From positions 620,001 to 684,000 of the forward strand of contig JAHLTZ010000006.1 in the NCBI GenBank assembly GCA_025786725.1: a stretch of DNA of 64,000 nt, given 5' to 3'. Positions within the stretch are counted from its first letter, which is position 1. Each line of letters opens with the position of its first letter. The DNA is from Syncephalis fuscata S228 (taxonomy: Eukaryota > Fungi > Zoopagomycota). The translations under genes and the position numbers were made by a program. The notes under the pieces were generated by a model. It did not search any database, was not told the DNA's origin, and was given only the letters and a program-made list of their open reading frames with translations. Of this stretch, positions 41,956-50,905 are shown one piece after another.

Positions 41956-43242
41956 ATGGTGTCGTGGGCAAGAATCGCTGCTGTGACCGTGCTTGGTCTT
42001 AGTACATTGCAAAATGTGGCTGGCCACATGAAATTGTTTGCGCCAATTGTTCGTGGCGAACCCCGTATTAAGAAGCAGTACTTTGGAATTGCCGACTACG
42101 ATCTTAATGCACCATTAAATTCGGCCGATTATCCTGGAAAGTTTCCTTGCCGTTACCAAAAGAAAGGTCCAGCTATGGCCAAGTACACGGCCGGCAAGTC
42201 ATTTGCTGTAATGTTTAAGACTGGTAACTCGCACCGAGGTGGACATTGTCAGTTTGCAATTTCTTACGACAACGGCGAAACTTGGGTCGTACTCAAAACT
42301 ATCATCGAACTGTGCTTTATGGATCTAGCTCCATGGGTCTATAACATTCCATTGCCTAAGGGCGCCAAGAACGGACCTGCACTGTTTGGTTGGGGCTGGA
42401 TGAACGCAGAGGGTAACCGTGAATATTACATGAACTGCGCCGATATTGAAATCAACGGTGGCAGTGATACAGGCAGTCTTACTGGTCCCGAGCTATTTGT
42501 TGGTCAGTTGGATGGCAAACCAAAGATTCCTGAATGGGCCTATACCGATGGCAAAAAAGATGGCAAAGAACACTTTTTCAATCGCAAAGTTGTTACTATC
42601 CCAGCTGGAGCCAAGGCTACTCGCGATGGTACAGTAGTTGGTGAAGCATGTAACGGACACAAGCCTGCCAAGATGCCACCAGCCAAGATCCCATGGGATC
42701 GCTTCCGCGACGATGATCAAGACCACCAAGATGACAGTGTTAAAACAGTATTTGTGGCAACAAGCGAAAATCCTGGTATCGGCGTTAAAGGCGACAGCGA
42801 AGCAAAATATCCTTATGTAGATGGTGAAAATTACGTAATTCCAATTGATGGAGACACTAGCTCAAGCTCAAATAGCACCGCCACCACTACTACTGAGGAC
42901 ACTACTACTGCTACTAATGACACTACTACTGCTACTGATGACAATACTACTGCTACTGATGACAACACTACTGCTACTGATGACAATACTAGTGCTACTA
43001 GTAAGAGTAGTTCTAGTGCTGCCAGTAAAAGTAGTTCTGGTTCTAGTGAAGATGTTACTAGCACTAGTGATGACGTTAGTACTAGTACCGATAGTGAAAA
43101 TGATACTTCTAATGAAGACTCCAAGAAGAGTAAGAAAGATAAGAAGGATAAAAAGAAGAAGAAGAATAAGAAGAATAAGGATGAGAATGAGGATAGTAAC
43201 AGTGAAGACGACAACAACAGCAATAATGACGAAAGTGAGTAG
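41956..43242 (+). CDS. Secreted AA11 LPMO (copy 2) with Thr/Asp repeats and a Lys/Asp-rich tail
   Basis: MVSWARIAAVTVLGLSTLQNVAG|HMKL, HRGGHCQFAISYD and GNREYYMNCADIEI. The true start is the ATG at 41956. Confidence 0.9.
   Translation: MVSWARIAAVTVLGLSTLQNVAGHMKLFAPIVRGEPRIKKQYFGIADYDLNAPLNSADYPGKFPCRYQKKGPAMAKYTAGKSFAVMFKTGNSHRGGHCQFAISYDNGETWVVLKTIIELCFMDLAPWVYNIPLPKGAKNGPALFGWGWMNAEGNREYYMNCADIEINGGSDTGSLTGPELFVGQLDGKPKIPEWAYTDGKKDGKEHFFNRKVVTIPAGAKATRDGTVVGEACNGHKPAKMPPAKIPWDRFRDDDQDHQDDSVKTVFVATSENPGIGVKGDSEAKYPYVDGENYVIPIDGDTSSSSNSTATTTTEDTTTATNDTTTATDDNTTATDDNTTATDDNTSATSKSSSSAASKSSSGSSEDVTSTSDDVSTSTDSENDTSNEDSKKSKKDKKDKKKKKNKKNKDENEDSNSEDDNNSNNDESE
42883..43000 (+). repeat. 21-bp coding tandem repeat (TTATDDN-like, ~5 copies)
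   Basis: actactgctactgatgacaat-like units repeated in frame. Confidence 0.85.
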
Positions 43243-43659
43243 AATAATACAATTATTCAATTGTACGACATCTTGTTGCGATAGGACTATAGTCTATAAT
43301 AGTGTATGTTGAATTGACAATGAATAAATAAACATTTAGCGTTGAGCACTCAGAATTTAAAGTTTTTTATTATTTGCTATTTTCAATGATAGTAAAATGA
43401 TATTAATATAAATCAGGCAAATAACTATTAGTACAAGTTATTATGCTAAATAAATACTATTATCATAAGGTAAATATTAGCCAATGTAATATTTAGGTGT
43501 GATGCAAATGTTGTATATATGTACTGTAAAACAGTCATGATGTGGTGTAACAGTCAGTACTACAATATAGCAATAATTAACAAATTATTGCATCAACTTT
43601 TTTGTAACGGGGAATTTCGCAAAAAGTTCTTTTTAATTGATAGATGTAGTATATATGTA

Positions 43660-43885
43660 GGCATAAAATGTAGTTATTATGGCTATACAGTTCTTACCAC
43701 TAGGGGAATCCAGAATTTATTTACCAAATGTTCTAAGTGTTGATGTCGTTATATAGAAATGACTATATAAACACGTATTATATATTATCAATAAAAATAT
43801 AATTTTTTCAAAAATCATTCCTGACATCCCTGACCAATTTCCTAAATTAGTGTATTTACTATTTTTATTATACAAACGTAATAAC
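43660..43885 (+). repeat. Copy B of the ~230-bp dispersed element (inverted relative to copy A)
   Basis: See copy A. The short ORF ends GYTVL...IQNL.TKCSKC appear in both copies. Confidence 0.8.
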
Positions 43886-44726
43886 TTATTATAATATATA
43901 TAATAAATTTTATAGACACAAGCTATTGTTATTTATTTAGCATTCTGTTGTTGGTATTTTACTTGTAGTAAAATAATAAAGTAAATAACGTTAAAGTGAT
44001 ATTTGGCGAATCTACGCAATAATAAAATTATTATTGTTAATAATTGATTAATTTAGTAGTAATGGTTATGAATCAATCATTACAGAATATATCATGCAAT
44101 CTTGAGTAAATCAATGTGGGATTAAACAATACAAATATTATAGCTGCTTATTTATTATTAAACCGATATGATAGTTCCCATTTTAAAAAAGTCGCAATTA
44201 AATTAAAGCAAAAAAATAGTGTACTGTTTGTATAAATAAGTTATATGATAAGTGAATATGTTAGACAGTTATTTCGTGCATATCTAATCGACCGACATTT
44301 TAGTATATCATACAATTGATGCGGGCGGTTGTGCTAAAGATAATAAAAACAATTAGTTAGTATAATCGTAAAGACGATCAGAATAGCTGTGATAACTATA
44401 AAAGCTATCTATATCGAAATTGAATAAATTTGCTAATATGGCAATTATAATAAAAATACTGTAATTGACGTATTAATGGAGATAATTGCTATAGTGTTAT
44501 TTTCTATTAATATAGCAAGTATAATTGGTAACGCGCGATTCAAAACATTATATATTTCAACATTAGTTGCTACAATTTATTGTTGTAGAAAATTTCAAGT
44601 GTCCAGCACTAGACTATTTGTTTATTTGTTTCATTTCAATACATCAGTATCAGTTACAATCTGCTGTTACAGATAAGCATTGCACAACTAAATAGTTGTA
44701 ATATTCCATTTTTTGTAATTCTTCTA

Positions 44727-45767
44727 TTAGTACTTCTTATTCTTATTCTTCTTTCCTTTGCCATGCTTTTTACCCTTGTTAGAAGGCTTAGATTTAGAAT
44801 AAGAAGATGGTTTAGAAGAGCCGGAATTAGCTTTTTCAGTAGCTGGAGCTTTAGAAGAACCGGAATCAGTATTTCCAGTAGCTGGCGCTTCAGAAGAACC
44901 ATTTTTCACATATGGATAGTTGGCTTCACTGTCGCCTTTGACACCAATACCAGGATTGTCACTTGTTGCTACAAATACTGTTTTAACACTGTCATCCTGT
45001 TTAGCAGCGTCATCATTGTAGACACGATTCCATGGAAGCTTGGCTGGTGGCATATTGGCAGGCTTTTGGCCATTGCATCCTTCACCAACTACCGTGCCAT
45101 CGCGAGTAGACTGGGCTCCAGACGGAATAGTAACAATCTTGCGATTGAAAAAGTGTTCTTTGCCATCCTTCTTGCCATCGGTATAGGCCCATTCAGGAAT
45201 CTTTGGCCTGCCAGATAACTGAGCCACAAACAATTCGGGACCGGTAAGACTACCTGTATCACTACCACCGTTGATTTCAATGTCAACACAGTTCATGTAG
45301 TATTCACGGTTGCCCTCGGCGTTAATCCAGGTCCAGGCAAATACTGCCTCTCCGTTCTTGGCTCCCTTAGGCAGTGGGATGTTATAGACCCATGGAGCTT
45401 TGTCCAAAAAGCATAAGTCGATGATGGTTTTGAGCACCACCCAGTTTTGACCATTGTCATAGGAAATCGCAAACTGACAATGTCCACCTCGGTGCGAGTT
45501 ACCGGTCTTGAACATTACAGCAAATGACTTGCCAGCCGTGTATTTGGCCATAACTGGGCCTTTCTTTTGGTAACGGCACGGATATTTGCCAAGGAATCTG
45601 TGGTCACCCAATGATGCATGAAGATTGTAATCTACAACGCCATACTGTTTTTGAATACGTAGATCGCCACGTGGAATGGGTGCAAATAATTTCATATGAC
45701 CGGCCACGTTTTGTAGTGCACTAAGACCGAGCACGGCCAAAGTAGCAAGTTGCGTTAAATTCACCAT
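44727..45767 (-). CDS. Secreted AA11 LPMO (copy 3), Lys-rich tail
   Basis: AG|HMKL, HRGGHCQ and GNREYYMNC; ends GKKHGKGKKNKNKKY. Confidence 0.9.
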   Translation of the reverse strand: MVNLTQLATLAVLGLSALQNVAGHMKLFAPIPRGDLRIQKQYGVVDYNLHASLGDHRFLGKYPCRYQKKGPVMAKYTAGKSFAVMFKTGNSHRGGHCQFAISYDNGQNWVVLKTIIDLCFLDKAPWVYNIPLPKGAKNGEAVFAWTWINAEGNREYYMNCVDIEINGGSDTGSLTGPELFVAQLSGRPKIPEWAYTDGKKDGKEHFFNRKIVTIPSGAQSTRDGTVVGEGCNGQKPANMPPAKLPWNRVYNDDAAKQDDSVKTVFVATSDNPGIGVKGDSEANYPYVKNGSSEAPATGNTDSGSSKAPATEKANSGSSKPSSYSKSKPSNKGKKHGKGKKNKNKKY

Positions 45768-45928
45768 GATTCGTTATCAAGTAGTGTATTGAAAATCCGA
45801 AAAGAATGAGTTGATTGATCTAAAAAGGCACCAGGCCGTTGTATAGGAGAACGTTAGAAGGTGAAGTGTGATGTGGAAGTGTGTTGTAAAGATGTAGAAT
45901 TTTAGTGAGTGTTTGCGCAAGCCGGGCC

Positions 45929-45935
45929 TTTTATA
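45929..45935 (-). promoter_or_regulatory. TATA box of AA11 copy 3
   Basis: CTTATAAAAGG on the minus strand about 160 bp upstream of the ATG. Confidence 0.6.
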
Positions 45936-47534
45936 AGAATTTGAGCTATAAAGTTGTGGCATTGGTGTCGCATGGCGAGTGTCGCAATTGTATCAAAAAA
46001 CGGATAATTTAAAACTTCCAGTACTATAGAAACAGCAATACTCGGCAGTTATTATTCTATAATTTAGCAACAATGTTTTTAATTACAGAATAAACATTGC
46101 CAGATATCCTGAATTGGCGATGAAGGAGATTGTTTGATGTGTATGGAAAGTGTTGATCTGACAATATGTAACCGTTTTACCATTTTTGGAAATACTCGGT
46201 TGTCACGCTATACAACGTTCCAAACTGCAGGTTCCATCACGAATTCTCCGCTATATTTTTACTATTAATAAAACAATTGTACCAAAAAATAACTATTCAA
46301 AAAAGCACAATTTACATTAATTCAAACCTGCGACGATAAACATGCCACAACTTAATATAATAAATACGCTATACATGCTTTTTTAACTGGAGTTAAGTAT
46401 TTCATTTTATTAAATAAAATATTAGAAAACAAAGAATGGGATATGGATAATTGCTTCAAAAAATATCATCGAGTTGCAAAGTGGATTCCATTGTGAATGG
46501 TGATTTGGTGCAAAGTTACACTATATATAGCAAACCAATCATTTATCCTTCTGTTACTATATTTGGTAATTATAAATTACTTGGCTCTTTCCAAATTTAA
46601 AACTATAGTCAGGTGATGCATACCAAAATTTGAAGTTTTAAGAAACGCGAACAAACATGAATTTTTAATAATTTAATTTTATTTAAATAAAAAAGTAAGA
46701 AAACATAATAAAACAACACTAACAATGCTTTACTTGCGCGTTTATCAGTATAAAATAGAATTTATTACTTAATTTTGAAACGTCTTTCGACCATAAACAC
46801 CACACCAGCTTATCCTGCAGTGTTTTGGATCCACAGTCTGATACTTTTTGTACTAGTTTACTGTATTTTATTTCCTGTGCTTTTGCCAATTTTTTTAATA
46901 AATACGTTGATTACTAATTAAAAAACACAAAACTGTAGGCACTTTTACTTCATATTTCAGATGCTATTTCTACTCACGTAGAAATGAAGTATATAGCAGA
47001 TTAATTTTACTATCAATAAAAATTATCGGAATTCTTTAAACACATCTTTCCACAGACTAATATGTTTCTAGTTATTATTTTACTTTTATAGTAGCAGTAT
47101 AGCTTATTAAAAATAAATAATCTAATGATGAACAATTTTATAAAGACACAACAATAGCTATTTAATATTTTGTCGTTGGTATTTTACTTGAAGCAAAATG
47201 GCAAATAGCTGAACAATGCTAAGTTAGTTTCGGATAAATATATACAACAACATTATTGGCATTTTTAATAATTGTTTAATTTAATACAGAGTGTATCTTG
47301 CAGCCGAGAAAATAAATGTAGGATTATACAGTAAATATATTATATTTGTTATTTATAGTTTAAACTTCAATAGCAACTGCGACACTTAATCCTTATAAAA
47401 TTTCAAGTGTCCTGCACTATAATATTTGTTTATTTGTTTTATTTCAGTACATCAGTATTAACTATGGTTTACTGTTACAACTGAGTGCTGCGCAACTAAA
47501 TAGCTGTAATATTCCATGTTTACTTTCAATTCTC

Positions 47535-48716
47535 CTATTCATGCTTCTTGTTCTTCTTCTTCTTTCCTTTACCTGACTTCTTTCCCTTACCAGAAGATTT
47601 AGAATCAGATTTGGAATCAGAATCAGCATTGGCATCTTCAGAAGTTGATACTTCAGAAGAATCAGAATCAGACTTCTTTTTTCCTTTACCAGAGGATTTG
47701 GAGGAAGATGATGATGATGATGATGATGAATCAGAATCGGTATCTTTAGCAGTTGGAGCATTAGAAGAAGAACCAGTGTCTTCAGTTGCTGAAGTTTCAG
47801 CAGAAAAGGAGCCTGTATTTTTGGTAGTCGAAGCTTCAGAAGAAGCACCTTTCACATATGGATAGTTAGCTTCACTGTTGCCTTTGACACCGATACCAGG
47901 ATTGTCACTTGTTGCTACAAATACCGTTTTAACACTGTCATCTTGGTGAGCAGCATCATCGTTGTGGAAGCGATTCCACGGAAGCTTGGCTGGTGGCATA
48001 TTGACAGGCTTCTGGCCATTACCTCCCTCACCAACTACCGTGCCATCGCGAGTAGACTGGGCTCCAGACGGAATAGTAACAATCTTGCGCTTGAAAAAGT
48101 ATTCTTTGCCGTCTTTCTTAGCATCAGTATTGGCCCATTCAGGAATCTTTGGCCTGCCAGATAACTGAGCCACAAACAATTCGGGACCGGTAAGACTGCC
48201 TGTGTCACTACCACCGTTGATTTCAATGTCAACACAGTTCATGTAGTATTCACGGTTGCCCTGGGCGTTAATCCAGGTCCAGGCAAATACTGCAGCTCCG
48301 TTCTTGGCTCCCTTAGGCAGTGGGATGTTATAGACCCATGGGGCTTTGTCCATAAAACATAAGTCGATGATGGTTTTGAGCACCACCCAGTTTTGACCAT
48401 TGTCATAGGAAATCGCAAACTGACAATGTCCACCTCGGTGCGAGTTACCGGTCTTGAACATCACAGGGAACGACTTGCCAGCCGTATACTTGGCCATAGC
48501 TGGGCCTTTCTTTTGATGACGACATGGATATTTGCCAGTGTATTTGGGGTCGTTCAATGGCGCATTAAGATCGTAATCGACAATTCCAAAGTACTGCTTC
48601 TGTATACGACGGTCACCACGAGGGATGGGAGCATATAACTTCATGTGGCCAGCCACGTTTTGTAGTGCGCTAAGACCGAGCACGGCCACGGTAGCGAGTT
48701 GCGTTAAATTCACCAT
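47535..48716 (-). CDS. Secreted AA11 LPMO (copy 4), Ser-rich and Lys-rich tail
   Basis: AG|HMKL, HRGGHCQ and GNREYYMNC; ends GKKSGKGKKKKNKKHE. Near-identical to copy 3 over the catalytic region. Confidence 0.9.
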   Translation of the reverse strand: MVNLTQLATVAVLGLSALQNVAGHMKLYAPIPRGDRRIQKQYFGIVDYDLNAPLNDPKYTGKYPCRHQKKGPAMAKYTAGKSFPVMFKTGNSHRGGHCQFAISYDNGQNWVVLKTIIDLCFMDKAPWVYNIPLPKGAKNGAAVFAWTWINAQGNREYYMNCVDIEINGGSDTGSLTGPELFVAQLSGRPKIPEWANTDAKKDGKEYFFKRKIVTIPSGAQSTRDGTVVGEGGNGQKPVNMPPAKLPWNRFHNDDAAHQDDSVKTVFVATSDNPGIGVKGNSEANYPYVKGASSEASTTKNTGSFSAETSATEDTGSSSNAPTAKDTDSDSSSSSSSSSSKSSGKGKKKSDSDSSEVSTSEDANADSDSKSDSKSSGKGKKSGKGKKKKNKKHE

Positions 48717-48878
48717 GATTTGTAATCAAGTAGCGTATTTAGAAATGGCAAAAAATCAATCAATCTTACAACAAGGCACCAGTCCGTTGTATAGAAAAGC
48801 GTTAAAGGGTAGAGAGAGAGATGTGAAGAAATGTTGTGGGGATATAGAGCTTTAGCTTGTGTTTACACAAGCCGGACC

Positions 48879-48885
48879 TTTTATA
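48879..48885 (-). promoter_or_regulatory. TATA box of AA11 copy 4
   Basis: CTTATAAAAGG on the minus strand, same spacing as copy 3. Confidence 0.6.
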
Positions 48886-50905
48886 AGAATTTGAGCTATA
48901 AAGTTGTAGTGTTGGTGTTGCGTGGCTGGTGTCGTAATTGTATCAAACTTGTGATTTAAAGCCTATCAACGCTATAGAAACAGTAACACTCGTTAATTTC
49001 TATCCCATCACTCAGCAACAGTGTTTCCGACCATACAGCAGACATAACAGGTATTCTAGAGTGGTGATTAAGGGGAATGTTTGACGTGTATAAAACGTGC
49101 TAGTACGGCAGTCTTGCTCCTTTACCACTTTTGGAAATACTAAATTGTTATAGTATACAAAGTTCCAAACTACATGTTACATCACTTATCCTTTACCACA
49201 TCCCCAACTACACTAATACCAGGTCCCGTGAGGTATCGCAAATATCTAACATCCCGGTATTACAGTTCTGCTGCTGCTTAGAAGGGTGTAAATTTATGAT
49301 GCAATTGCATGAGATGCCAGAAGGCTGTAAAATAAGCAATCTAAAGACTGTTCACGTTGGCACTTGTATCAATTGTCTAGTTCATATAAACTAACACATC
49401 TTATAAGTAATACAATCAAAACATGAATGAACAATTAAAATTATTTAAAACACATTGAGCCACGAATTTCAATCATAGACATGTTAATGTCTTTGTCTTT
49501 CATTTACAATAACCGAAATAGACAATTGGACGGAATGCTTTAAAACATCTTGTGCAATATTTTTGATTTTTGTTGAATTTAAATACAAGTTTTATATAAT
49601 TAAACAAAATGGCCATTTAATAATGAATAGATAAGTAGGTTCAAGATACAAGTATAGCAATGAACCGACAATGAATACATGTATCCATCAGCATTAACTG
49701 GACAATAGATTGAGGCCTACTTTGGTTGTACCAATTTTTGGCCTATTCAACGTTTTAAATTGGTCACTTGATGCTGAAAGGAGAATCATCATGGAAAATT
49801 CTTTACTATTGCTGGCAGACATGCCACTATGGATGTTTATTCGCTCAAACAAGGCCTGTTTGTTATTGTTCATGGACAATATATTGAATATTCTACAAAC
49901 CAGCAAAACATTGGGCTAACACAAAACTTTAACTGTACTGATATCTAGTAAACTTTCTACATTTTACTTTATATATATATATACATGAATAATACGTAGA
50001 CATACATAATTTTAATTTCTAAATAGCACATAAGCACTTTATGATATGCTGTTGATCATAATAATTGTTTTGAAAGACATTATTTATAAACTAATTTTAT
50101 TTTATTAAAAAATGCTAGTGTTTTATTGTATTATACATATTTAAATATTGTGTTAAACAGAAGTGCTTGTTAAAGCAGTGCATTATTCTTATTTAAATTT
50201 CAACATCAGTAATATACGTTGACAATAAAACTGAAAAAACTATTACTTGAGATTTTAGATTGTAAAAGTTGCGTCATATTCTTTTAGGTTTCGATAAAAA
50301 ATGAACTTCAAACATACGCTTCAAATGCCCCTTTACTTATCAAACCTTACAAAACAAGTATGCTGATATAATACAAGGTTTTTTGTCATAAAACAAGAGT
50401 CTCTACAGTCTTTAAAATAAAGCTGGAGTAAGTTATACCAATGGTGAATGAATTAAATGAAGTTTGTCATGAAAAAATATAAATAAAAAATGTACCGTTA
50501 CAAATAATGTATTAAAGCCGTTTGCTTTACGCTGGCTCATTAACATTTACAATATTTTAAATTAATCATTTTGTATAGAATGGCGTTTTGCTTTGAATAA
50601 AATAACATACTCTACTCAATCTACTTTTTATACTAGATTGGTATTACTATGTCGGTGAATGAATTTCTAAGTGTACATTAGATTTAAACATCACGTGATT
50701 ATAAGCGTCATAGCAACAATGATATTGCCCACTTGTTATTTGCGATCTATGGCTGTTAACGCTATTTTTCTAAAAACTCTTGTTTGGAATTCCCTGCTTT
50801 CAGCCTGTCGTTTAAGATTCTCTATTAAACCTTTAACAAATTAAGCTTGGTTGTAAGTAAAGACACGAGCGTTGCGATCGGGGCTGTCGTCACGCCATCG
50901 CCACC

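Noticed and set aside
42831-43312. Hydrophobic Leu/Ile/Val-rich ORFs overlapping LPMO copy 2
   Set aside because: Alternative-frame and antisense shadows of the low-complexity repeats.
37716-43743. Short ORFs ending TKCSKC (37716..37901 and 43519..43743) as a peptide family
   Set aside because: Only the 3' halves align and DNA homology continues past the stops; better explained as a non-coding repeat.
49694-49919. Short overlapping ORFs between the LPMO cluster and TAF2
   Set aside because: No recognisable motif or convincing splice structure; cannot be supported as a gene.
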